Assembly (NCBI GenBank): GCA_963706325.1
Contig: CAVPLT010000004.1
Span: forward strand, 576,001-640,000
Direction: 5' to 3'
Length of the DNA stretch: 64,000 nucleotides
Source: an uncultured Nitrospiraceae bacterium
Lineage (GTDB): Bacteria; Nitrospirota; Nitrospiria; Nitrospirales; Nitrospiraceae
Part shown: positions 10,339 to 20,472 of the stretch, piece after piece
How positions within the stretch are numbered: the first letter of the stretch is position 1
How the letters are laid out: each line of letters begins with the position of its first letter
Made by a program: the position numbers and the translations under genes
The notes under the pieces: model-generated
What the model was told of the DNA's origin: nothing
Databases searched by the model: none
What the model saw: the letters and a program-made list of their open reading frames with translations, nothing else

Positions 10339-10899
10339 TCACGCACGTACTTCGGTGTCCGCTCCATGAAGCGCAAGGAGGTCCTGTATCCGTCTCGTCT
10401 CCCCATCGCTTTTTACGGTCATTAATATTTTTCCGGCGCGTACTGCGGCCTCATACTGGCGAGCGGCCGATTCTGAAACATTGATGCTGACCAACGCGCC
10501 GACGAGTCCGCCGGCCACAACTCCGACTCCGCTGCCTGCCACGATCGATGCGCCTGTCGCGCCTAACAGCGACACCAGCGCCCCACCTGCCAACAAAGGG
10601 GCTAAACCTGGAATGGCGACGACACCGGTCGCAGTAAGGAGGCCCGCAAGTCCGCCAATGATGCCTCCGCCGACTGCGCCCTGCGCAGCGTCCTGCGCGG
10701 TCGGAGAGACCGCGTCCTTCCCCTCCAACGACAGGTCACTGCCGACTTGCTGCATCGCCAAACCGATTTGATCGTCGGATATGCCGTGCGCTCGCAAGGT
10801 TTCTAGGGTCTGCCTGACGGCGTCCACGTTGGGAAGTAATCCCATCACGATATGGCCGGCAGTGCCAGGGAATGGATGCACGGACGTTGTGTTCTGCAT
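10339..10899 (-). CDS. General-stress-type membrane protein with Gly-zipper helices
   Basis: GAVGGGIIGGLAGLL...IPG...GGLVGALV...YEAAVRAGKILMTV pattern. RBS GAGG. Confidence 0.75.
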   Translation of the reverse strand: MQNTTSVHPFPGTAGHIVMGLLPNVDAVRQTLETLRAHGISDDQIGLAMQQVGSDLSLEGKDAVSPTAQDAAQGAVGGGIIGGLAGLLTATGVVAIPGLAPLLAGGALVSLLGATGASIVAGSGVGVVAGGLVGALVSINVSESAARQYEAAVRAGKILMTVKSDGETRRIQDLLALHGADTEVRA

Positions 10900-10983
10900 A
10901 TCACCTCACTTTCCCAATAACATAGGAGCTTCCGCATAAATGAGAGATGACCCATGCCGGCGATCATGAGCGAGGACCACCAG

Positions 10984-11541
10984 CTACTTAGCATCCATCG
11001 GAAAATACCGGTGCGGAAGTTGAAAAAACGAATCGGCTATCGGCCCCATTCTGACGTGACGAGATTCCACCATCCAGTCGCCATTTTGGGAGGCAAGTTT
11101 AAGAGAGAAGTCAATATCAGTGGCAATCCATTGGTAATACGTTTCGGTACGTCCGTCCTGCAGAGTGACCCCGACTTAATACAAGGTAGTCGGATGGCCG
11201 TCTAAGATCTGCGTTCCAATCGCTTCCCGCGATGTCTCCTGGTCGAGGCGCGTGTTTGAATGAAGAACATAGTCGCCGTTGAACGCCACAATTTTGACAT
11301 GATGCGTCGAGGGGAGGAGATGCCATACTTGACCTCGGTCTTGCCTGACAATGGTGACGCTGACCGGTCCGGCCTCGTTATGCTCCAGCCGCCACATGTG
11401 ATCACGATAAAAAATGCGAGTGTGATGCAGGCCTTGCTGTGTACGTGTCCAGCGATCGGCGGTAAATTCAAGGGCTTCGCTGGGACCTGAAAGCCAAGAG
11501 GATAGGGATGTCGCGAGGGCAATCATCGCTAGCTTTCTCAT
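10984..11541 (-). pseudogene. Exported DUF4412-like protein with one in-frame TAA (11176-11178)
   Basis: Reading continues in frame after HPTTLY* as VGVTLQDGRTETYYQWIATDIDFSLKL...FQLPHRYFPMDAK*, 186 codons in total, with a signal peptide. Confidence 0.65.
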
Positions 11542-11898
11542 CAACACCTGCTCCTATGGCTGCGCTTGGAAAGGAACCGGCAGCCGGCGATCAGAATTAC
11601 TCGTATTCCGAGCAAGCTTAGGCAACTCCTGTGCCGTTGAGTTTTGAGCGCAAGCATTCGTTTGCAGGCCGATTTGCGCCGTGAAATCGAAACATTCCAC
11701 GGATTCATGCGTGCAACATTTCCTCGCTAAGACATTTTGTCCTGGCGCCCATCTCTCTTCTCCACAGAGGAAGCTCCGGCTGCGGTGTAGTACCGTCCAT
11801 GCGCTAGGGACCATCCTAGTGGTCAGCAGAGCAAAAGGTTTATATGGTCGGACCAGAAGGCGTGTTCGGCTGCAGCTGAATGAACCGGAGGGTGGACT

Positions 11899-12147
11899 GT
11901 GAATGCACTAGCGACTCAAACCCCGACATTCATTCCAGTATGTTGCGTGTGTGGTCTTGCTAGAGAGGAGGGGGCTTCGGCTGGCTGCACGGAGGAATCA
12001 TGGACTGATTTCGACGCGTATCTGAACCGGCATGGTCTTCGCGGGACGGATTATAAATTGACGCACGCATATTGTCCCCTATGTGTGCAGCAATACGTGG
12101 TTGCAAAGAAGACGGTTGTCGAGCCAGATAGACCCGCTTATGAATGA
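11899..12147 (+). CDS. Small Cys/His zinc-binding-like hypothetical protein
   Basis: IPVCCVCG...LTHAYCPLC. RBS GGAGG before the GTG start. Confidence 0.7.
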   Translation: MNALATQTPTFIPVCCVCGLAREEGASAGCTEESWTDFDAYLNRHGLRGTDYKLTHAYCPLCVQQYVVAKKTVVEPDRPAYE

Positions 12148-12463
12148 GCAGACATCACCACAGCTATTCTCAAGGCTATTCGCCGAGTCAAACAGTACGA
12201 CCTAGGCGCGCTCGCGTCGGCCTATCCACCATTCACGTGGACCCAAATGTTCCTCGAACGATCGCTTGAGCCAGACGGGGAACTTCATCTGACATTGTCG
12301 GAACGAGGTCATTATGCGGTGAGTTTGCCATACCAAATTCTGGATGCAGGGTGGACAGAAGGACCGAAAGCCGCCCACGGTGGGTAGCTGTCGCCTGCCT
12401 CCGCTGTGACTCAAGTACAACGGCCTGCCGCTGGCCGGTAAGACATGGGGTGGCCGGGATAGT

Positions 12464-13426
12464 TCAGATGGAATGACGCAGCTGATCCACCAGCGCCTGC
12501 ACAGTCAGTGGGGCGTTCCCTTCGGCCCGATTGTTCACCAACACATAGGCCCGAACGTTCTTCCGGACGGCCTCTTTCACCAGGCTCACGGTCTGCTCTC
12601 GCATCTCGGGCAACTCGCCCACGATCTTGTCATACGGCGCCGCTCGCTTTTTAGCCGCTTCGTAGGTCATCTTCAGCGGCGTCAGCAGGCGCAGCACGGT
12701 GAAGGGCGCAGTAAACGTCTCCATCAGCCGATGCTGCTCTGCTAGCTCCGGCATCGAGGACCAATGGTTATAGACATGCGCGATCCCATGTCGTTGCAGC
12801 ATTTCGCGATAGGCAGGGACTAATACGCCGGGGTTGCGGATCTCGACCGCATAGGGGAAGTCATTGGGCAACTGAGTAAAGAACTCGTCCAGCTTATCCA
12901 CAAACTCCCGCGTCAGCATACCGTGTCGCTGGAATTCGAATAAAAAGGGCCCGGTGTGCGCCTGAAAATTGGCGTCCCGATAGGGTTGCAGCACATGCTG
13001 GATGAAGGCCTTGGCATTGAGAAAGTTTGGATTCTCTTGGCCGGCTCGAATGCCATAACGGGACTGGTTGGCATATGTCGGGATGGTGAGCTCTTCCCAG
13101 ACCTTAAAACACATCTCAAAATCTTCGGGGATTTGGGAGAGGTAGCGCGTGAGCTGAGTCGCGGTAGGCGGTCGATAGAACGTTGCGTCATTCCCCACCG
13201 TGCGAAAGAGCGGCTGGCCGTTATAGAGATGCTGGCAGAACTCACCAAGACATTCTCGCGCAAAGCTCGTCTTGGCGTAGGCCCGCTTGTAAACTTGTCC
13301 TTGCCAGCCTTCATAGGTCCAGGTAGAGGTGCCAAAGCGGATAAGGGGGGAGGGCGACGAGGCTGTTATTTGAGTGGAGCAGTCGGAGAATGTTAGTGGT
13401 AAGCGTGGTTCGACCGTATCCATCAA
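12464..13426 (-). CDS. DUF72 family protein
   Basis: FGTSTWTY, TVGNDATFYRPP, YAVEIRN and YVLVNNRAEGNAP motifs. Confidence 0.88.
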   Translation of the reverse strand: MMDTVEPRLPLTFSDCSTQITASSPSPLIRFGTSTWTYEGWQGQVYKRAYAKTSFARECLGEFCQHLYNGQPLFRTVGNDATFYRPPTATQLTRYLSQIPEDFEMCFKVWEELTIPTYANQSRYGIRAGQENPNFLNAKAFIQHVLQPYRDANFQAHTGPFLFEFQRHGMLTREFVDKLDEFFTQLPNDFPYAVEIRNPGVLVPAYREMLQRHGIAHVYNHWSSMPELAEQHRLMETFTAPFTVLRLLTPLKMTYEAAKKRAAPYDKIVGELPEMREQTVSLVKEAVRKNVRAYVLVNNRAEGNAPLTVQALVDQLRHSI

Positions 13427-13432
13427 GCAGAC

Positions 13433-13777
13433 CTATCTCATGGGTTCGTCAGTGCCGAGGGCTGCATGATCAATCCGGAACGCTTTCGCCTCTGTAATCT
13501 GTTTTGCGATTCTCCTCGTTTCCAACAACTCTTTCAGCTTCTCAGAGGTCGGGTGTCGGTCGGCCAACACCGCAGAGCTAATATAGACCGTATGTTCTTT
13601 TTTTCCGTCGCGAAAAATCTCAATCCCGTGATCATCGCGAGGGTATTCAAAGGCCATCGGAGTCTGTGTATACTCGGGCTCTGGAAACGCAAGGGAAAAG
13701 AACCGCGCGAGAATCTCGCTTCTCTCAACCGATTTATAATTTGTGGCCGGCTCGTTGGACGTCGATTGATCATTCAT
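13433..13777 (-). CDS. Hypothetical protein
   Basis: ORF with RBS GGAGG before MNDQSTS. No recognisable motif. Confidence 0.55.
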   Translation of the reverse strand: MNDQSTSNEPATNYKSVERSEILARFFSLAFPEPEYTQTPMAFEYPRDDHGIEIFRDGKKEHTVYISSAVLADRHPTSEKLKELLETRRIAKQITEAKAFRIDHAALGTDEPMR

Positions 13778-14256
13778 TTCGGCACCTCCATCGGTCCAAA
13801 CCATTCACTCGGTGGCCCAGATCATTAGGCCGGCTCACCGCGGCGGACCAGTTTCGGCCTTTGCAATGTTGTCTCTGAATTCCATCCATCCCTACTTGCT
13901 CAGGGTCACAGTTTTCACCGATGCCCTCTCGCCAAATGTGACCGCTACTCCGTCCGGGCCGATAGCGGCATATTGGATGTACCGCCTGTTGATGATCCAG
14001 TTCCCCATCTTCATTAATGCCATTCGTAACTCCTTTCTGTGATGCTCATAAAGGGGCGGAATCCTATCCTAGTCCGCTAGGGCTGACAAGATAGCCTTTA
14101 CCCTACGTAGCCTCACTGCTGAGGAGCGTTGTTAATGGCTTGAGAATGGGGCAGCCTGAAAAAGCGGATCACATCAAGGTTGACGCATGTTCCTTGAGGT
14201 TGCATTTCCCTATGTCATCTACAAGCTTTTCTGCAAGGTTACTCATCCTAGTCCGG

Positions 14257-14277
14257 AACCTTCTGATCCGTAGTCAG
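14257..14277 (-). repeat. att-like 21-bp copy of the tRNA-Arg anticodon arm and following bases (distal end of island A)
   Basis: aaccttctgatccgtagtcag is identical to 20424-20444 inside the tRNA gene. Confidence 0.8.
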
Positions 14278-14439
14278 CGACAGGTCAGGATCGAAGGAAC
14301 ACTCGCAGCCAGGGGTCAGGACCCTGTCGGAGTTCTGCGACAGACTGAACCGCCTCCCGGAGCCAACCCGGAAGTGGCCCCGAGGGCTTCGCAGGACTCG
14401 CTAGCGTTGGCTAGGGATGCCCTCCAAACAGGGAGGGAG

Positions 14440-15069
14440 CTAATACAAAATAGACGGCGGGAGTGGCTGCCCAGAGGAGCCCTCGTCACGACTTTTACAA
14501 CCCGCATCAATCTTTCTCCATCCGAGCAGATCTGCTTGTAGAATGGACTGGTGGCAGTCGAAAAGCCTCACCATCTCACTGTAATCTGGGGCGGCGGGGT
14601 AGGTGCATAAGGACAAGATATTTGCGTTTGTACACACTCTACTTATCATGCGCTCATAGGCAATACATTGCGCCCACTGCTCGGTGGACTTTACCCACGA
14701 CAGATCGCCCGTCACGCGTATTCCGAGAAAGCGTGCGGCCCATTGATCCAGTTTGCGACTGCAGGCTGCAAAGGGTTGCTCGGTGTGAAGTGAGGTGCGA
14801 AGGTGATACCAGTCCCCGCTTGGGATGAGCTCTAGTTGGCCCGCCCGCAGGTGGTCGTGAATATGCGGGATCATTCGTTGCAGGGCCGTGGTCGCCATAA
14901 GTGGGGTGAGCGACGGCGGAAGGATCCATAGACACCCTTCGTGATCGTCCAGCCCAGTTTGGATATAGGAGCTCACGAGGTGTTGCAGCTCCGTGGCGGA
15001 TCGATAAAAGGCGCAGAGATGGCTTCCCCAAGACAGAGTCGGAGATTCCGTGCATCCTAGACGGGGCAT
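14440..15069 (-). CDS. Stand-alone MEDS (DcmR-like sensory) domain protein
   Basis: WGSHLCAFY...GL...EGCLWI...GQLEL...IRVTGDLSW...YE...LSLCTY matches the MEDS pattern. Confidence 0.8.
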   Translation of the reverse strand: MPRLGCTESPTLSWGSHLCAFYRSATELQHLVSSYIQTGLDDHEGCLWILPPSLTPLMATTALQRMIPHIHDHLRAGQLELIPSGDWYHLRTSLHTEQPFAACSRKLDQWAARFLGIRVTGDLSWVKSTEQWAQCIAYERMISRVCTNANILSLCTYPAAPDYSEMVRLFDCHQSILQADLLGWRKIDAGCKSRDEGSSGQPLPPSILY

Positions 15070-15895
15070 ACTGTCGTCGGAAGGTAGGGCGTTGGGAAGA
15101 TGAACAAGTGGGTGTGCTCTGGAACCGTAGGGCACAACGACCCACCACCGCTGCTACAGGATCCAAGGAGAGCAAAGTGGCTCCGTGCCACGAGGAAGTT
15201 GCATAAATCCAGCAGGCGACTCGGAATGTTCCTGCTTTCTGCTAGTGAAGAGGAAGCACAAACTTTGCATAACCGGATTGATCGATGGGTGTATAAGCTA
15301 TTTTTGTAAAGGAGATCCATTACTGGGGAGCGTGTGCATCCTAGGAGAAGCAGAATTTGGATGACGAGCGATGGCCCATGGGCACCGTCGCCCCAACTTG
15401 AATTCGTCTTCTGTCCGCTACATGGCGGCCAGGTATCCGACGTCATTAATACTTTCATTCGCTCAAGGAATATGGCACGCGTTTCTCAGGCTGAACCCTC
15501 TTTCTGGTAAACAATCTCAGGACCATAGGTGGGCTCCTGGAGTGGGAGCTTGATGGATTTCCGGACGGTTTGAGCAGAGAGGGGGTGAATCGTAACGAGT
15601 AAGAGAGACAAAACACCACTTGACGATAACCACTCCAAATACGAGTCCGAAGGTGACGAACAGCATTTCTTGAATTCTTCATCTACCATGTCGCGAATCG
15701 ATGACCGCCATATCACCTCGTATTTGAGACTCCGGAAGACGGCTGATGCAAGAAGCGACCCGTCGTGACACCCGCCATGTCACTCCAATGACAAAACCAT
15801 TGAATTGTTAAAGGACTTTCTTCCGTCTCCCTGCTGGACTCCGCTAGAGCCGAAGAGAAACGTGCGTCGCATGTAGAATCTAAAAAGATACACAG

Positions 15896-15915
15896 TAGTA
15901 TCTTATAAGATACTA
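15896..15915. promoter_or_regulatory. Perfect 20-bp palindrome, operator-like
   Basis: TAGTATCTTATAAGATACTA equals its own reverse complement and is intergenic and AT-rich. Confidence 0.55.
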
Positions 15916-15989
15916 TCTTTCTGGTCTACAAGGTCCGCCATATGGGCTATCGGTGAGAAACGGTTTCGGCAGAGTCTTCGCGCTCTCGC

Positions 15990-16110
15990 CTGATCACGAA
16001 GGCTTTGGCCTCGGGCGGGCGATTGCCCGGAAACTGGTCGAACTTCAGGGGGGCACCATCTGGCTTGAAAGCGAGCCCCGCCGCGGGACTCGCTTTTTTG
16101 CGTTACTCTT
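15990..16110 (+). pseudogene. Histidine-kinase HATPase_c C-terminal fragment
   Basis: EGFGLGRAIARKLVELQGGTIWLESEPRRGTRF (G2 box onward) with no upstream kinase body. Confidence 0.75.
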
Positions 16111-16742
16111 CAGACGCGGTGCGCGGGCCCGCGCTCTGCATTGAGGGTCATCTGCTGTTGATAAAACCGCACGTCTGGTTCCAGCGCTCCTCCAAGCCAG
16201 TATCACACGTCCCGGCTCCCTCCAGAGACCAATTGAATACTCGGGCCGAGTGAATTGATAGCTACTGCGGCTACCTGATCCGTGAAGTTACTGAGCTCCA
16301 CCTGGCTGAGAGCCGGCACCTCCCTTCTCACCATTCGAATGACTCGACTGGCTTCCAGATCCACTCTAGACATGCGCTTCCTCAAGACTGGTTTTCGCTG
16401 GAGGCGCTGTCTCTCATTTCATGTGCTTTCTTGTTCTCTTGGGTCGATGGGGCCTTTCGACCTCATTTTATGCGGTCTTCAGACATCTGTTCTTGGATCA
16501 TGAGTGCCTCCCCTGCGAGTTGCGCTCGTTGCCGCAGTCTGGGAGTGCGCCACACTGGTCAAGAGCAGCACACCTGAACTGGCTGCGATTGCGAGTTAGC
16601 TAAGTAGCCCACGGCTAGCAAGAACCGATGAACTCCTTCCTTAGCGTCAGTGTCAGACTTGCGCTCAGCTGGAGGAATCAGCATGATGTCATTCCATGTA
16701 AGTTGACGGTTCAGCAGCGGGCGAGGCCGAGGTGAAGGGGGC

Positions 16743-19700
16743 GTGATGGATGAGTTCAGAATCTTTTTGGCTCGAGGCGGCCGACAGTTCAGCTCGGCAC
16801 CGCTGTCGGTTTTATGTTTGTTGTTTCTGACTATTCCGGTTACAGGTTTTACCCAAGCGACATCGCCCATCACGTCGTCGGGCCTGAGTACGACCGTCAC
16901 GAAAAGTGGCAATGCATATGATATTACCGGCGGCACGCGCCCCGGCAGCGGACCGAATCTGTTTCATAGTTTCGGCGAATTCGGCGTGCCGGCGAATCAC
17001 ACCGCCAATTTTTTGAACGAGTCTGGCCTCGCGACCTCCAACATTCTGGGACGTGTGACCGGCGGAAATCCCTCGAACATCTTCGGCACCGTGCAAACCA
17101 CCGGCTTCGGCAGCGCTAATCTCTTCTTGATGAATCCTGCCGGAATTGTGTTCGGGCCGAATGCCTCCTTGAACGTTGGGGGGTCCGTGAGCTTCACGAC
17201 CGCCGATTATCTGCGCTTGGCGGACGGCGCGAGGTTCAATGCGCTGCCTGGAGTGCAGGATGCAGCCATCTCAAGCGCACCGGTGGCCGCGTTTGGATTT
17301 CTGGGATCGAACCCTGGCGCTATTACAGTTCAAGGAAGCCAACTCTCGGTGACCTATGGGCAAAGCATCGCATTGGTCGGCGGAGACATTACCGTTCAAA
17401 GTGGCACACTTGGTAATGGAGTCACTCAGTCAGCCAGAGTCTCAGCACCGAGCGGGCACATTCAAATGGCGAGCACCGCGTCACCCGGTGAACTCCTCAC
17501 TGGAACATTGAATGTGAGTCCCAATGTGAATGGACAGTCCTTTGGAACATTAGGGACCATCGACATCTCGCAGCAGTCACGACTTGACGTGAGCGGAGAC
17601 CATGGCGGCACGATTTCCATTCGTGGCGGGCAGTTTGTCCTGAATGACGCCGTGCTTGCAGCCAATGCTACAGGGACAGATTTTCACGGGGGCAACGGGT
17701 CTTCTAGCCCTGCGGAGATCACGCTGACCGCAGACGCAGTCACGCTGAACAACGGTAGTTATATTACAACTGATACCTATGGCCCCGCTCCGGCCGGCCA
17801 TATCACGTTTAATGTGAATGCACTGACGACCGACGGAGCGGGTCCCATTAGACTGCACGCCTCGCCTGAAAGTTTCATCAGTAATCCCATCATTTCTGAA
17901 ACCGGCGTTCTGATTGAAACGACCAGTCGGAGCACCAATGCGGGAGCCGGAGCAGGCGGCCAGATCATCATTCAAGGCATCAAGGGAGAGGGCAGCGTGG
18001 CACAGCACGTCAACCTCACTGATACGATTCTTCACGCCCGGACCTTTGGCGGTACCGCCGAGACTCGTCCGTCCTCGCTTTCGATTACCACGGATACCGT
18101 GGCTTTGAGTGATCAGGTGATTCTCTATACCACCAGCAATGGTGCCACGCCGGCGGGCAACGTCGACCTGCATGTGAATACGCTTCGGTCAAACATGAAC
18201 GCCGACGGAACATTCATCGACGGCCGGCCCGTCTTGATAGGGGGCCCGACGGAACTCGAAGACACCTCGGCTGGGCCTCCCGGCATTGTCACCATCTCGG
18301 GGCCGGGCTCAGGAACGACAGACCCGGCGCGCTTGATCATGCTTGGTAACACCGAGATCGATACCTTTGCCTCAGGCGGATCCTCCTCCAAGCCTGCCCC
18401 CATCATCATGACGGGTGACACCGTGTCCCTGAACAACCTGACCATTCTGGTGACGACGTCCGGAGCGACCGCTCCAGCACCCGCCGGAGATATCGTCATC
18501 AATGCCAACACCCTGCGCATCAATGTGCATCCCGATGAGTCCCCGATTGCCAACGCCAACAGGGTGTATCTCAATAGTCCTAGCGGTCGGCTAGACGAGA
18601 CCGCAGGGCCACCCGGAACGGTCACGATTTCTGGCATCGGCCCAGAACTCACGGATGCGGCGCACCTCGTGTCCCTCTACAACGCGCAGATGAGCACTGC
18701 CGTGGAGGGCGGAACTCAAGCGCTCTCTCCGGGTACCATTACGATCACCGCCGATACCATGGTCATGAGTGGGAGAACCTCGATCTTTGCCTTCAGCACC
18801 AGCCCGGCCCCGGCTGGAAATATCGCCCTGAACGTGAATACATTGCGCTCAAACGTCAACCCCGATGGCACTCCCCTGAACGATGGCCAACCGCCATCAC
18901 TGATCGCGAGCGTCGGCGCCGGGACGGAGAGTGGCTCGGGCCGTGGGGGGACGGTGACTATATCGGGAGTGACGTCTGGCTCTACGGATCCGGCCAAGCT
19001 GATTGCGCTCAACAATACGGAAGTGAGCACGGCGGTCTTCGGGGGGACCGCAGGCACTCGACCGGCCAGCATCACGATGACGGCTGACACGATCAATGTC
19101 ACGAACAGTCCTAAAATTAATACAGATTCCGCAGGAGGCGCCCCGGCCGGACAGATTGCATTAACGGCAAAAAATCTGACCATCGATCACGGAACAGTCA
19201 GCACTAGCAGTTCGGGCAGGGGGTCAGGAGGACCGATTGCGATCACAGGAATCGAGGGGGTGTTCGTCAAGAATGGTTCCACCATAACCGCGAGTAGTAG
19301 CGGACAGGGAAATGCCGGGAACATCACGATTCACGCGGGTACCCAATTTCTCAGCCACAATTCAGCAATCACAACTGAGGCGGCTCAGGCGAGCGGGGGG
19401 AGCATCTTTATTCGGGCCACTGATTCAATCCGGCTGATTAACAGTCAACTCAATACGTCGGTGCAAGGCGGCCCGAATACCTCAGGTGGCAATATCACTC
19501 TCGATCCTGCCGTCGTGACGCTACAAAATAGTCAAGTCCGGGCCGATGCGGTGCAGGGGAATGGGGGAAACATCAATATCATTGCTGGAACGTTTCTCTT
19601 CGATCCGACTAGCGTCGTCAGTGCATCATCCCAATTCGGCTTGAGCGGTTCGGTTAATATTCAGTCGCCTCTGTCCAACCTGAGTAGCACAATGGCCACA

Positions 19701-20006
19701 TTGCCGCAACAGCCGCTCCAATCACAGCTACTATTGCGCCAACGCTGTGCTGCTCAATCCAACGGTCTTCTAAGCAGTCTAGTCATGTCAGGACGGGATG
19801 CGCTACCGACAGAGCCTGGTGGGTGGCTAATGAGTCCTCTGGCGTCTAGTAGTGAATTTTCTGTCCCCGGAACCCAATCACCACTCGCCGGTGATCCCGT
19901 GAAACTTTCAGAGACTAGTGAGGCGTGGAAAGGGGAGAGGTCCGATCAGCATAGTGCTGCAACCCGACATGGTCAACGAGACTCAAAGACTGGATGCGGA
20001 TCTTAA
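16743..20006 (+). CDS. Filamentous haemagglutinin-family exoprotein (TpsA-like secretion domain plus beta-helical repeats)
   Basis: Signal peptide, NLFHSFGEF, NILGRVTGGNPSNIFG and LFLMNPAGIVFGPNA, followed by G/T/S-rich repeats. Confidence 0.9.
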   Translation: MMDEFRIFLARGGRQFSSAPLSVLCLLFLTIPVTGFTQATSPITSSGLSTTVTKSGNAYDITGGTRPGSGPNLFHSFGEFGVPANHTANFLNESGLATSNILGRVTGGNPSNIFGTVQTTGFGSANLFLMNPAGIVFGPNASLNVGGSVSFTTADYLRLADGARFNALPGVQDAAISSAPVAAFGFLGSNPGAITVQGSQLSVTYGQSIALVGGDITVQSGTLGNGVTQSARVSAPSGHIQMASTASPGELLTGTLNVSPNVNGQSFGTLGTIDISQQSRLDVSGDHGGTISIRGGQFVLNDAVLAANATGTDFHGGNGSSSPAEITLTADAVTLNNGSYITTDTYGPAPAGHITFNVNALTTDGAGPIRLHASPESFISNPIISETGVLIETTSRSTNAGAGAGGQIIIQGIKGEGSVAQHVNLTDTILHARTFGGTAETRPSSLSITTDTVALSDQVILYTTSNGATPAGNVDLHVNTLRSNMNADGTFIDGRPVLIGGPTELEDTSAGPPGIVTISGPGSGTTDPARLIMLGNTEIDTFASGGSSSKPAPIIMTGDTVSLNNLTILVTTSGATAPAPAGDIVINANTLRINVHPDESPIANANRVYLNSPSGRLDETAGPPGTVTISGIGPELTDAAHLVSLYNAQMSTAVEGGTQALSPGTITITADTMVMSGRTSIFAFSTSPAPAGNIALNVNTLRSNVNPDGTPLNDGQPPSLIASVGAGTESGSGRGGTVTISGVTSGSTDPAKLIALNNTEVSTAVFGGTAGTRPASITMTADTINVTNSPKINTDSAGGAPAGQIALTAKNLTIDHGTVSTSSSGRGSGGPIAITGIEGVFVKNGSTITASSSGQGNAGNITIHAGTQFLSHNSAITTEAAQASGGSIFIRATDSIRLINSQLNTSVQGGPNTSGGNITLDPAVVTLQNSQVRADAVQGNGGNINIIAGTFLFDPTSVVSASSQFGLSGSVNIQSPLSNLSSTMATLPQQPLQSQLLLRQRCAAQSNGLLSSLVMSGRDALPTEPGGWLMSPLASSSEFSVPGTQSPLAGDPVKLSETSEAWKGERSDQHSAATRHGQRDSKTGCGS

Positions 20007-20395
20007 GAGCGCAATCTCGATGGCCGAGTTGCTCACCCTATGGGAAAGGCCGAGCCAGAACGCCATCCCGAAAGCTTGGACGAATATTTAAACGTGAGCC
20101 ATCTCCCTAGGTTCGCGCATTCAACTTAAAGCTCGCAGAAATGGCTTCAATTCCTGCTTCCCCCTGTTGCTCCGTATCAGCGCCTGCCTCAATTTCTCAG
20201 TGGTTCAAGTCAAACTTAACTGGCGCGACATTACCTTTCCCCCTAAGGGCGACAAGAGGCGAAATATCTACCCTGCTATGAAAAGCGTTGTGAATGAGTG
20301 GGGAAGGTGAGGAAAAATTGTAGACCTACTTTATTCTACGGTTGGTCTACACGCAAATTTTATGGCTCGGAAATGTCGCATAAGTTATTGTTACC

Positions 20396-20472
20396 TGGTG
20401 CGCCCGACAGGACTTGAACCTGTAACCTTCTGATCCGTAGTCAGATGCTCTATCCAATTGAGCTACGGGCGC
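20396..20472 (-). tRNA. tRNA-Arg (anticodon ACG)
   Basis: GCGCCCGTAGCTCAATTGGATAGAGCATCTGACTACGGATCAGAAGGTTACAGGTTCAAGTCCTGTCGGGCGCACCA: 77 nt, full cloverleaf, encoded CCA. Confidence 0.97.

Larger units (their letters stand above)
14257..20444. mobile_element. Remnant genomic island A, integrated at tRNA-Arg on the 3' side
   Basis: Bounded by the 21-bp direct repeat. Contains a MEDS gene, gene fragments and an FHA-like gene. No integrase inside. Confidence 0.6.

Noticed and set aside
9870..10406. 179-aa N-terminal extension of MalQ
   Set aside because: It overlaps the upstream gene, has no family resemblance and lacks a convincing RBS.
11176..11178. Stop-codon recoding
   Set aside because: The stop is TAA, with no SECIS- or PYLIS-like context, and other genes use all stops normally.
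12148..12340. Eroded small helical-protein gene (ITTAILKAIRR...FTWTQMFLE..DRLS)
   Set aside because: It needs several frameshifts and has no clear start, so it is too weak to list as a feature.
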